This document shows, piece after piece, positions 27,226 through 36,602 of a stretch of DNA of 60,936 nucleotides. The notes under the pieces were generated by a model. The model made no database searches. It saw nothing but the letters and a program-made list of their open reading frames with translations, and was not told the DNA's origin. The translations under genes were made by a program, and so were the position numbers. The stretch is taken from positions 1 to 60,936 of the forward strand of contig CAZQWJ010000001.1 of NCBI GenBank assembly GCA_964597265.1, written 5' to 3'. The first letter of the stretch is position 1. The number at the start of each line of letters is the position of its first letter. This DNA is from an uncultured Candidatus Saccharibacteria bacterium. GTDB taxonomy: Bacteria > Patescibacteriota > 4484-211 > JAGQKX01.

Positions 27226-29388
27226 ATGCGTATGTTTGTTTCTCACTCCCCCAATAGAAAAAATCTCAACCTGCTGATCTTCATGCTTGTCATAGCGCTC
27301 ATGGTGCCACGAGCAAGCTATGCCAGTATATTTGATGGACTTGGTAGCGGCGGGAGCGGCATTTTTGGCGGCCTTGGTGAGCGAGTACAAACTATATTTG
27401 AAGGCCGCCGAGTGGATATAGGCGGTAGCACTGTACCGTTTATCCCAGACCCCCCTTCTCCACCGCAACCGGGTGATCCTCCGGCTCCAGGTGCAGGAGA
27501 GTTTGTTAAGGTATGGTTGGAATATGAATCATACTACCGAGGAACACAAGCACATGATATTGTGCAGGAGGATCCGCTAGAAAGCCTGCATAGAGAATAT
27601 ATTCAAGGTTCTGCCGAAGAACCAATGCACGGTTGTTGCGCATCCTGTGGAGAAGAAGTGCAAAACATTCAGCACTCTTTATGGGGCTGGTGTGGCGGAG
27701 AAGCTCAAACCCAAGGTATTCCAACTCCAGACGGAGCAGTCAGTTCGGTTCAAATATCTTCTCCAGGACCTAACGATAACACATTACCAGGTGCCGTCCC
27801 GAACAAATTTATTCGTAGAGATGGATATACATATGAGTGTGTGAAGACTGCCTGCTGGAGTGAAGAAATTCCCGGACCGACTCCCACTAGTTCCATAGAC
27901 CCAACCCCAACTCCTCAAGTTGTTTGGCACGAAGAACGCAGATACAACTATATGGAGTTTCAGACCATGATCTATCACAGTAACGACATCCTCCTCAGAG
28001 TTCATTATATGAATATCGGTGACGACGACATCCCGAAAGAACAAGTTAAAATTTATCGCTATGCGCGTGACGGCAAAGAATGGCCTCATAACCTTGATGC
28101 AATGGGCACTAACCCTCTTGCCGAATGTGCAGGTATTCCTTCATATGCAGGCTATGAAGTTGCGCCAATGACACATATGAATGCTCTTGATGCGCACGAA
28201 GAAAATATTTGTGGTCCACCCGGGGATGTTCTACCTCCTGGTGATTTGTCACAATCTACAGAACCACCAGCGGGTTCGTGCGATCAATTTTCTGATCGTT
28301 CTAGAAGAAACTCGATCCCTTCTGTTTCTCAAACATTCTCTCTGCTAGGTGGCAACACACCGCGAGACTTTAATTTTGTATGCGATCCCAACGATGGCGA
28401 GGAAGGAGAACGTTGTGGAAACAGGAGGCTCGTTCTTGAAGAGCGAGAACTAACCACCGAGGAATATTGTCGTCTGTTCTTTGAATTTAGAGATGTTACT
28501 AAAATCGGAGGGTGTGGGTATAACGCTTCATCCAACAACAGCATCCTGGGGCCCATAACCTACGAGGTTCGATATGGCGAAAATCAATCATCACGCTCTG
28601 TCGCAACGCTCTCAATTCCCATCGGCAACCCTGTTGATGACGAAGCTCGTCCTTTTGGGTGGCCTGCCACTGGACGTATCGCTGAAAACTGGGGCAACAC
28701 CGGCCAAGCACAAGCTCTCGCAAGTTACCGTAGCCTCGCAGACGGAAGATCCGAGTATGACGAATACCTGTTTTGTCCCGGCCAGGGCCAAACATATCCT
28801 CTCGATGGCCGCGCTCGTGCCGGAGACCAACTCCATCCTGGTATTGATATTGTTCCTGCATTTTCCTCAGCCAAACCACCCTTCGTATATACGACTCATG
28901 CTGGATGGGTGACATTTGCTGGAATAGATCCAAACTTTCCTGATAAAGGTCTCACTGTGCAGGTAGAAACCGACGTGAACCGTGACTGGATTCCTGACGT
29001 GGTCACACGTTACACACACTTACAGCCCGGATCTTTGACATTTGACGGGCAATATGGCTTAGACTCATCTTACTTTGCCAATCCGTATGCACCGACAGAT
29101 GGCCTGCCACATACGTTTGGTACTACTTTGTATGTTGCACGTAACACCCTCATTGGCTTAATGGGGGACACTGGATCTGATGGCGTCAGACAACTTCAAT
29201 ACGAGATACCATATACCAACCCTGAGCATGGTACGCCTCCCGCAAACGGAAACATCGGATCTGAGCGATGTTCAGATGATCCATACATGAGTAGCTGTGT
29301 GGTTGGAGATCAAAGTGAATCACAATTTTTCTATCGGTTACGATTTGAGCCGAATCTCGTTTTTGGCCCAACATACGTAAACCCGTAG
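27226..29388 (+). CDS. secreted Cys-rich protein with C-terminal M23 (LytM) domain lacking the HxH motif
   Basis: Signal peptide 'VPRASYAS'. 'LHPGIDIV' (HxxxD, 28834-28848) is present, but the 'PHLHFE' position reads 'RQLQYE' (Gln codons at 29191-29193 and 29197-29199). Confidence 0.65.
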   Translation: MRMFVSHSPNRKNLNLLIFMLVIALMVPRASYASIFDGLGSGGSGIFGGLGERVQTIFEGRRVDIGGSTVPFIPDPPSPPQPGDPPAPGAGEFVKVWLEYESYYRGTQAHDIVQEDPLESLHREYIQGSAEEPMHGCCASCGEEVQNIQHSLWGWCGGEAQTQGIPTPDGAVSSVQISSPGPNDNTLPGAVPNKFIRRDGYTYECVKTACWSEEIPGPTPTSSIDPTPTPQVVWHEERRYNYMEFQTMIYHSNDILLRVHYMNIGDDDIPKEQVKIYRYARDGKEWPHNLDAMGTNPLAECAGIPSYAGYEVAPMTHMNALDAHEENICGPPGDVLPPGDLSQSTEPPAGSCDQFSDRSRRNSIPSVSQTFSLLGGNTPRDFNFVCDPNDGEEGERCGNRRLVLEERELTTEEYCRLFFEFRDVTKIGGCGYNASSNNSILGPITYEVRYGENQSSRSVATLSIPIGNPVDDEARPFGWPATGRIAENWGNTGQAQALASYRSLADGRSEYDEYLFCPGQGQTYPLDGRARAGDQLHPGIDIVPAFSSAKPPFVYTTHAGWVTFAGIDPNFPDKGLTVQVETDVNRDWIPDVVTRYTHLQPGSLTFDGQYGLDSSYFANPYAPTDGLPHTFGTTLYVARNTLIGLMGDTGSDGVRQLQYEIPYTNPEHGTPPANGNIGSERCSDDPYMSSCVVGDQSESQFFYRLRFEPNLVFGPTYVNP

Positions 29389-29395
29389 CGACATT

Positions 29396-30409
29396 ATGGA
29401 CATTCACTCGCTCAAAGAGCGACTACGATACAATAAAAAACGCCTCGCTTTGTTGACACTAGGTATGGTATTGATAGTATCGATACTACTGGTAGTGAGC
29501 CGGCTGGATACACTATTGGTTACACCCATACCTCCGTCCCCTTCGCAGCGTGCTGACGTCACATCTGCACAACACCTAAAATTTGCAAATCCAGAGGATA
29601 CCGCTTATCCTTCGTCGTATTCTTTTGAAGATCCTATTATTGTTCCTGATACTATACGGGTTTACCGAATTCTGCCTGGGCCGGATGAACTATTTTCGAA
29701 TGCAAATCTTCCTGCAATGGCTAAAGCGTTTGGTTTTAATGTAGATGCACAGGTTACCTCTATTACACAAGGGTACATGTATTATCAGGAAGGAAATGAA
29801 CTTGCTATTATACCTACAAAAGGTTCTATTCGTTTCTCGTCTGACCTTACAACCTTGCCTCCTTTTAATATCCAGGATGCGGGAGCACAACCACATGTTA
29901 TAGACAGCGTGCGCTTGGTGCTTAGTAGAGCTAGACTTGATAATCCACTCATTAATTGGCAGGGCGCTGAGGTCAAAATGTATGAGCTGCGAAACAACAG
30001 CTTAGAGGAAGTATTTAGCCTTGGAGAGAAAACATTTTATCACGTTACTTTGCCACTTCGGCTAAACAATTTGCCCTTACTCAGTACGGAAAAACAATAT
30101 GTCCGTGTAGCTCCAAACGGAAACGTCCTTGGTGCATTTATCTGGTATCCAAATTTGGATATTTCTGGCGTAGAAGAATGGAAAATCATTGACTACTTGA
30201 GTGCAGTAGGGCGAGTCAGGAGTAATCAAGGTTTGTTTTGGGAATCAGATACTCGAGCGCTACATGAGCAGATTACATTTACGCAAACGGGATTAACATA
30301 TTTTTTGCCAAATGATTTTTTTAGCAACCCGACTGGTGAATTTCACATTTTGCCTGCGTATATGTTTACCAACAATGTAGACTCAGTAATCGTTTCTGCG
30401 TTGCCATAA
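29396..30409 (+). CDS. hypothetical membrane-anchored exported protein
   Basis: 337 aa with a single N-terminal TM (LALLTLGMVLIVSILLVV). No recognisable motif. It is embedded in the T4SS-like locus. Confidence 0.45.
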   Translation: MDIHSLKERLRYNKKRLALLTLGMVLIVSILLVVSRLDTLLVTPIPPSPSQRADVTSAQHLKFANPEDTAYPSSYSFEDPIIVPDTIRVYRILPGPDELFSNANLPAMAKAFGFNVDAQVTSITQGYMYYQEGNELAIIPTKGSIRFSSDLTTLPPFNIQDAGAQPHVIDSVRLVLSRARLDNPLINWQGAEVKMYELRNNSLEEVFSLGEKTFYHVTLPLRLNNLPLLSTEKQYVRVAPNGNVLGAFIWYPNLDISGVEEWKIIDYLSAVGRVRSNQGLFWESDTRALHEQITFTQTGLTYFLPNDFFSNPTGEFHILPAYMFTNNVDSVIVSALP

Positions 30410-30414
30410 TAACT

Positions 30415-33400
30415 ATGCAAGTTACAAAAAACGGACAATTCATCATCACAGTTGCCTGCATCATCGCTGTTATAATGTTGTCACGAAACGAGTTGGCCAT
30501 AGCACCAACTCCCATTGCACATGCACAGCAAGTCCCCGACGTGGCATGTATCGGAAACTCTGTCTGTCAATATCTAGACGGTGTCATGGGGGATTCAAGA
30601 ATAAGTTCTCTGCAACACCTCAAGTTTCTCTCGCCTGTATTCAATATGACTTCTCCATACTTTGTTGATATTGTTAATACAATCTCTCAATGCTCAAATT
30701 ATTGGGAACAGCTCGATGGTATAGCAGGAAACGCATACAACTTTCTCAATGGACCATATATCCCAGACTGGGTTAACACTGCCCGAAATATACCTGCAAT
30801 AGGTAGCAAACCAATAGTTCTTACAGAGATCGGTTGGTATGAGCTTCTTCAGGGGAGTGATCGAGCCACCGCCCTTAATAATCTTACAAACTCAATTAAC
30901 TGGCTCAAAAATCCATCTAATGGTGTAATCGGGTCAATGTTGTTTAATGTGTTTAACAACAATCCAGGATGGAGCGACTACTCAATGAGTGATACGGAGA
31001 TTAACACTATCTGCAGCGGGTCATGCGATAACATTGGCGCTAATTCCGCAGTGTATTATTCATCAAGCGACGCAAGTTTTTATGACCCTGCAGGATCCCA
31101 CAACATGGGCTGGACCATAGAAATAGCTAACAACGATACCAACCCTCAATTACCTTCTGTAATGCCGGGTATCAACAGTGCTCATTCGCGAAACATAACT
31201 CCGGTGATCCGTATTGGAGTTATGGATAGCAGTGGCGGTTTTGACACTCCAGCCCAGTACGTTAATTTCTTAGTAACACTCAATGATCTCATCGCCCAAA
31301 ATCATCAGAAAGACGTATATGTCATTGTGGGCCCCAACGAGCCGGAAACAGAGTGTTGGGCATCACAACAGTGTTTTAATGGCTGTAGCGCAGGAGGAGG
31401 AGAGCAACAAGCAAGTTGCGCTCTCGATGATTGGCCTGCCGTCGGACCAAACGTCAGTGCCCAAAACCTGGTATGTGCGTGCTCGGGTAGCACCTGCGCG
31501 CCATGGCAACCTCAAACATTTAATAGACCCACCAATCAAGATACGGGACAGGCAGACGGTACAGGACAAGGTTTCTATCAGTTGTTTGACTATGATGTCA
31601 GCCTTTTGTTGGAAATCCCGCCTGTCTTGCCCTATGTTTCCGTAGGGACACCCCCGGGAGGAGGGCCAGGTATTCCGCCTCCTGGTGGTGGCGGCGGTGG
31701 GACGTGTAATCCCTTTAACTGCTTTGCACCGTATGTCGTAGATTTTGCAACGTCTCTGGAGTGTGCAGCAAATTCGTTGCGGGTAGAAGAACCTACATGG
31801 TATTGGTTTGATCGATACGGTCCATATTGTGATAACGAAACACGCTCACTTCCTTTCGGATACAATTTCTGGGTAAACTTTTATGATAAATACGCACCTG
31901 TCGGAGCGGCCCAGCGCACCTGTTGTAATTCTTCACGAAACTGCAGTGAGAGTCCTCCGGGAAATCCTCCACGTCCTCAGGATGTTGGCATGGCTTGCCC
32001 GGCACAAAGTGATCCCTTGCGTCAACCAGGAGCTGAAGAATTTGACTACTACCGAGGGGCACTTGATACATGCGGACTCACACTTGCCCAGCAAAGGTGG
32101 ACCACACAAAACACACTTGGATTGAGCATACCGGAGCTTGCCGATCACATGTACAGCCTGAACATGACGTACCTCGGTTTGTCATTTAATAACGTTCCAC
32201 GTGCTGATGTAGAGGCGGTTCTTACCAAAGCACAAGAAAATAATATCAACCCATGGCTCTTGATGGGAATGTGGGCAACCGAAAGTGCATGGAGTCAAAC
32301 ACAGTCGTGCCAAGGCGGAGGCGGATCTGTAAATGGATGTCTCTCTTGCCCAGTCGGGTTCAACAATCCTGGCTGGGACCATTGCAAGGTAGTAACTGAC
32401 CCTCTGTACAGTGGCGGTACTCACTTTGGTCAAGATTTCCTCGGACCACAAGGCTCGCCCGTATATGCAACAACTGGCGGAATAGTGGAAACTGCTGGAT
32501 ATATAGCCGGTCAAGGTGTAGGGTATATGATTAGAATTGCCGGAAACGATGGAAACGCTCATGTTTATTTCCACTTAAACCTGAATGTTAATGATTACGT
32601 TATCGCAGGCGATACTGTTACTGCAGGTCAACAGATTGCAGAAATTGGCCCTGTGTGTCTACCCTCAGCTGTTCCTGGTTGTGACCCAAAACCTACGTCT
32701 ACGTGTGCCTCAGGGTGCGGTAACGGATTAACTAATGCTACCCACTTACACTACGAAATATATCCACCACCAAACCTCAGTAAACCCGCAAATTGTAGCC
32801 TGGAACCAGATCCCATAGACCTTCTCCCGCCTTCATGTGGAGGTACATGTACGGGTACTGGTGGTGGAACACCAGGCGGTCCAGGAGAAGGAGGAAGCCC
32901 ACCACCTCCTGGAACATATGGAACGGGAGTGGGATGCAGCACCACCGGCTACCATCCAACTGGTGGAAGCGCAACGAACCGGTTCCACTGGGATGGGCAT
33001 CGGCCGGTTGATTTGTTTGCCGTAGACGGGGCACCAGCATATGCTCCCTATGATGGCGTGTCGTATCCCGTGGATGATCTGACCGGAGGATATACCATAG
33101 AATTTGTTCCTTCCGACCGATGCCAACCAGCTATGTATTATGCGCATAATAGAAACTCGAACCGGGTTAGTGGCAACGTCACGAGAGGGCAACAAGTAGG
33201 TTTTGTCAGTAATTCTGGCTCGGCTTGTCAGCCATGTACCTCCCAAAACTGTACAACAGGTGAACCTGGCTGCAGTCAACCTGGCCGCTGTCGTCCCGGT
33301 GACACCAACTGCAACCTGTGCAATGGATCAAACGGTGGCAGATGTTACTGCAATGCCTCTGCAAATGGACAATGCTCTGGGCCTCCACATATTCATCTTG

Positions 33401-33585
33401 CTGCTAGTACCAATGGTAGCTTTACTACGCCGGGACCGAACATCTGCGCTGTGCAGCTCTTATCTGACTGGGGAGCTAACGTCACACAAGGACCAGAAAT
33501 AATGTGTTGCAATCCGGATCTCCCTAATTTAAGTGGCTGCCAGCCAGCCCTGAATCAATCGACATGGACACCACCAATTCTTTAA
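30415..33585 (+). CDS. multidomain Cys-rich cell-wall hydrolase: GH-like region + SLT/lysozyme-like + two M23 peptidase domains
   Basis: An N-terminal TM. 'LTEIGWYE' and 'VGPNEPE' are GH-like. 'NPWLLMGMWATESAW' is the SLT motif, with the catalytic Glu codon at 32281. M23 number 1 has 'HFGQD' and 'THLHYEI'. M23 number 2 has 'HRPVD' and 'PPHIHL'. Gly/Pro linkers include 'PPGGGPGIPPPGGGGGG'. Confidence 0.75.
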   Translation: MQVTKNGQFIITVACIIAVIMLSRNELAIAPTPIAHAQQVPDVACIGNSVCQYLDGVMGDSRISSLQHLKFLSPVFNMTSPYFVDIVNTISQCSNYWEQLDGIAGNAYNFLNGPYIPDWVNTARNIPAIGSKPIVLTEIGWYELLQGSDRATALNNLTNSINWLKNPSNGVIGSMLFNVFNNNPGWSDYSMSDTEINTICSGSCDNIGANSAVYYSSSDASFYDPAGSHNMGWTIEIANNDTNPQLPSVMPGINSAHSRNITPVIRIGVMDSSGGFDTPAQYVNFLVTLNDLIAQNHQKDVYVIVGPNEPETECWASQQCFNGCSAGGGEQQASCALDDWPAVGPNVSAQNLVCACSGSTCAPWQPQTFNRPTNQDTGQADGTGQGFYQLFDYDVSLLLEIPPVLPYVSVGTPPGGGPGIPPPGGGGGGTCNPFNCFAPYVVDFATSLECAANSLRVEEPTWYWFDRYGPYCDNETRSLPFGYNFWVNFYDKYAPVGAAQRTCCNSSRNCSESPPGNPPRPQDVGMACPAQSDPLRQPGAEEFDYYRGALDTCGLTLAQQRWTTQNTLGLSIPELADHMYSLNMTYLGLSFNNVPRADVEAVLTKAQENNINPWLLMGMWATESAWSQTQSCQGGGGSVNGCLSCPVGFNNPGWDHCKVVTDPLYSGGTHFGQDFLGPQGSPVYATTGGIVETAGYIAGQGVGYMIRIAGNDGNAHVYFHLNLNVNDYVIAGDTVTAGQQIAEIGPVCLPSAVPGCDPKPTSTCASGCGNGLTNATHLHYEIYPPPNLSKPANCSLEPDPIDLLPPSCGGTCTGTGGGTPGGPGEGGSPPPPGTYGTGVGCSTTGYHPTGGSATNRFHWDGHRPVDLFAVDGAPAYAPYDGVSYPVDDLTGGYTIEFVPSDRCQPAMYYAHNRNSNRVSGNVTRGQQVGFVSNSGSACQPCTSQNCTTGEPGCSQPGRCRPGDTNCNLCNGSNGGRCYCNASANGQCSGPPHIHLAASTNGSFTTPGPNICAVQLLSDWGANVTQGPEIMCCNPDLPNLSGCQPALNQSTWTPPIL

Positions 33586-34679
33586 AGATAACAAAAAACA
33601 ATTTTCTACTCTTTCTGGGAGCACTTCTTATTCCAATAATCTTGGCGGTAGTATATATATCTTTCTCCTCGCTAAACGATCGTAGTTTCAAAAACATTGA
33701 TACGAGTGATGGACCAGCTATAGTGCAAGCACAAAAGTTTACGACTGGTGCCGTAGAATATCCTCAAGTGTTTTTTAACCCTCAAAACAGTGCTTCATTA
33801 CTCGTATACATCAATTCCCTGGAGCATCATATCGAGGTCAATGATGGTTTCAGAACAGGGAAAATTCGTCCTGAAGGGTTTTATTGGGTAAACGAAATAT
33901 CATGGGGACCTCATAATCTGGCTATCATAAGTACTGGACAGGTAGAAGCAGACAAGTCTGACTATCTTGTCAATTCCGCAGCACTTGGAAGCAGCAGGCC
34001 ATTCAATTACGAAAAACTTCCCTTTTTCGGAGAGAACTACACATGGTCCCACGACGGAAAACGAGTGGCGTTCTTTGGAAACATAGACTATGGCAAAGGA
34101 ACAGCACACATTCTGATATATACGTTTGCAACGCAACAACAAGAACAAATCGAAGATATTATAATTCAAGGCCCTACCGAATTGTTATGGCTACAGGATA
34201 ATAGCTTTATTGTGTATGAACTGCCTGATGGGCGTGACTTGGAGGATCCGACAATTATCACGTTATTCCGAGTTTCTCAAAACAGTGAAGGTGCTTGGGT
34301 GAAAGAGCCATATGCTGGAACATATGCCCCTCCCAAAATCAGTCATGACAGAACAACAATTGCATATCCAGCAGTTACTTCTTATGTTATTCACAACATG
34401 GTCAACGATATACGATACGAGGTGCTTGATCTCGATTTGGTTGCACCTCATTTTGTTTATGACTTTGTCGATAATAGCACCATTAGTTTTGTGTATCAGA
34501 GCGACAATTCCTTTTACCTGCTGCTGTATGATTTTACAAAACATCAAGGCACCAGTTTCAAACTGGACTTTCTATCTGCACCACAGCTGAAAATCCAAAC
34601 GATTACTGTTCAGGATGATAAAAAGATATTGCTTCGTTTTAGTAATGACGAACTCTACGCCATCACGCCACCTCTTTAG
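33564..34679 (+). CDS. hypothetical membrane-anchored protein, possible beta-propeller (PD40/TolB-like repeats)
   Basis: N-terminal TM (FLLFLGALLIPIILAVVYISF). 'WSHDGKRVAFFG' and 'ISHDRTTIAYP' resemble PD40 repeats. Confidence 0.45.
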   Translation: MDTTNSLKITKNNFLLFLGALLIPIILAVVYISFSSLNDRSFKNIDTSDGPAIVQAQKFTTGAVEYPQVFFNPQNSASLLVYINSLEHHIEVNDGFRTGKIRPEGFYWVNEISWGPHNLAIISTGQVEADKSDYLVNSAALGSSRPFNYEKLPFFGENYTWSHDGKRVAFFGNIDYGKGTAHILIYTFATQQQEQIEDIIIQGPTELLWLQDNSFIVYELPDGRDLEDPTIITLFRVSQNSEGAWVKEPYAGTYAPPKISHDRTTIAYPAVTSYVIHNMVNDIRYEVLDLDLVAPHFVYDFVDNSTISFVYQSDNSFYLLLYDFTKHQGTSFKLDFLSAPQLKIQTITVQDDKKILLRFSNDELYAITPPL

Positions 34680-34758
34680 ACAGATACTGTGTTTCTATCG
34701 ACAGATCTTCTTTCCTTAGCAGCATTCATAATCTATACTTATAGATAATCGAGTTCAT

Positions 34759-35295
34759 ATGCCTTTTACGCATAAGATTCCGCAAAATGTAACACAGTAC
34801 GAAAGCCGTATCGTTGGCAACTTTACCTCTCGCCAATTTATTTATTTGGCAGCTGGAGGCATTATTATTATGCTCTTTTTCATGCTGCCGTTTCCGCCTC
34901 TCGTTGGAATCATCGTAGCATTGGTGGTCCTACCTGTAACGCTCCTGTTGGCACTCATTAGTTTTGATGGTCGAAGAAGTGATATTTGGATCATCAATTT
35001 TGTGAATGCTGTTGCCGAACCCACGCAACGGATATGGGAAAAGGACGAAGTGCCACCACAAGTGCTTTTACCATCGTATGTTGTCCCTCACCACACAACG
35101 GAAAAAAGGCAAAAAACTGGTACCGATTTGGAGGAGTTTTTGGGTTTTTGGCGTGCCAATGAAGCAAAAAGCGACTATTCTTCAGAGGAACAGGCATTTC
35201 TTAACCGCATAGCCATGATGAGTCGATATTATGAAAGTGCTACCCAGGAACAATCGTCTCTGACAACAGAGCACAGCGACCAAACCGAACCATGA
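34759..35295 (+). CDS. PrgI-family (VirB3-like) T4SS membrane protein
   Basis: 'IPQNVTQYESRIVGNFTSRQFIYLAAGGIIIMLFF' followed by a second TM. This is the typical PrgI N-terminal pattern, and the gene lies upstream of VirB4. Confidence 0.6.
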   Translation: MPFTHKIPQNVTQYESRIVGNFTSRQFIYLAAGGIIIMLFFMLPFPPLVGIIVALVVLPVTLLLALISFDGRRSDIWIINFVNAVAEPTQRIWEKDEVPPQVLLPSYVVPHHTTEKRQKTGTDLEEFLGFWRANEAKSDYSSEEQAFLNRIAMMSRYYESATQEQSSLTTEHSDQTEP

Positions 35296-36602
35296 GAGAT
35301 TTAGCTACTAATAACAACAATCGAGCCATTTTTTCTCTTCCCGGAACCATTGTTTCGGCATCTCCGGTGCAAAAGATTGCCAATCAACGGGCAAATCGTC
35401 AATTGTCGCGTGCCGCGCTTTCACCTTCTGTTACGCCGATTTGGCGTCAACAAATATTTGCCCCATCTGCTGAACTGCAACGTCGCTTTACACCCCAAAA
35501 CGACATACCCAATGCAGCAACTGCTACTCCCCAATTATCGACCGAAGCCGAAGGCACAGCCAAACCACCTGCGCCACTCGCCCCGCAGCCGGCGGCAGTG
35601 CCAGATCAGCAATCACTACCCGATGACAGAAAGCAACAACCTACCCCATCCACAGCGCCAGATACCAAACCCGCTGCTAATGCACCACAACCCGTGCCCT
35701 CTACCAAACCAAAGCCAGCTTCCCCTACTCTGCCGCAGGATAAACCGCAACAACCGCCACCATCGCAACCCTCCCCTCCTGCCTCTGATTCTCATGAAAC
35801 AAACGCAGAGCTAAGCAAGTCTCTGGATGCTATCACGCATATACGGCAACAAATCCAATCACAAGAGCAAAAATTAAAACAGCTTGAGCAGCAAACACCC
35901 CAAGGACAACAAGAAGACATTGATACTGAGCAAAAAACAAAGGAAGCGCTTGTAAAAAACCTTGATCAAGCCATACAAAACACGCAAACGGAGCTACAAA
36001 CATACGCGGCTATGCCTGGAGCCAATACGACCATATTGGACGGGCTCAAAAAACAATTCAGGCAGCAAAAAGAATTATTCAACCGGTTAGTGCACGAAAG
36101 AGATTTGCTTGCCAAAAAGAAAGAGGCACTCAAGGAAAAAGCGCTCGAAGAGCAAAAAGCAAAAAAACAACTCGACTCCCTGCAACAACAGCATGAGCAG
36201 CTTGCACAGCAGTATCCGGTAGCTTCCTCACAAGCTGCGGCATCACCATCATCACCTCCTCCAACAGCTGCCTCTGCTCCACGACCAGCTCCGACTCAAG
36301 CGCCGACAAAAGTTGTTATGCCTGCAATCACCAAACAACCCAATGCAATCAACGGTATAGTTCAAAATGCGCAGGGGAAAATGATAACCGAGGCCATTGT
36401 TATCATCAAAGCGGCTGACCAGCGCCCCCTTAGGGCACTTAAGACCAACGAGCTTGGACAGTTCTGGATTACGACCGCCTTAGAAAACGGCGACTATGAG
36501 ATTCAGACAGAAAAAGACGATTTGAGCTTTGGTACAATAAAAATACATCTTGATGGATCGGTGGTCGAACCAATTCTTATCAAAGAACAGGCTGCATCGT
36601 GA
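35292..36602 (+). CDS. Pro/Gln-rich coiled-coil protein with C-terminal carboxypeptidase-regulatory-like beta domain
   Basis: A low-complexity PxxP tract (PPAPLAPQPAAVPDQQ...), a Q/E/K heptad region, and a C-terminal 'INGIVQNAQGKMITEAIVIIK...GDYEIQ'. No TM is seen. Confidence 0.45.
   Translation: MRDLATNNNNRAIFSLPGTIVSASPVQKIANQRANRQLSRAALSPSVTPIWRQQIFAPSAELQRRFTPQNDIPNAATATPQLSTEAEGTAKPPAPLAPQPAAVPDQQSLPDDRKQQPTPSTAPDTKPAANAPQPVPSTKPKPASPTLPQDKPQQPPPSQPSPPASDSHETNAELSKSLDAITHIRQQIQSQEQKLKQLEQQTPQGQQEDIDTEQKTKEALVKNLDQAIQNTQTELQTYAAMPGANTTILDGLKKQFRQQKELFNRLVHERDLLAKKKEALKEKALEEQKAKKQLDSLQQQHEQLAQQYPVASSQAAASPSSPPPTAASAPRPAPTQAPTKVVMPAITKQPNAINGIVQNAQGKMITEAIVIIKAADQRPLRALKTNELGQFWITTALENGDYEIQTEKDDLSFGTIKIHLDGSVVEPILIKEQAAS

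Noticed and set aside
35350-35814. 154-aa alternative-frame ORF within the Pro/Gln-rich gene
   Set aside because: It is a low-complexity compositional artefact of the CCN/CAR-rich tract. The annotated frame continues into a structured C-domain.
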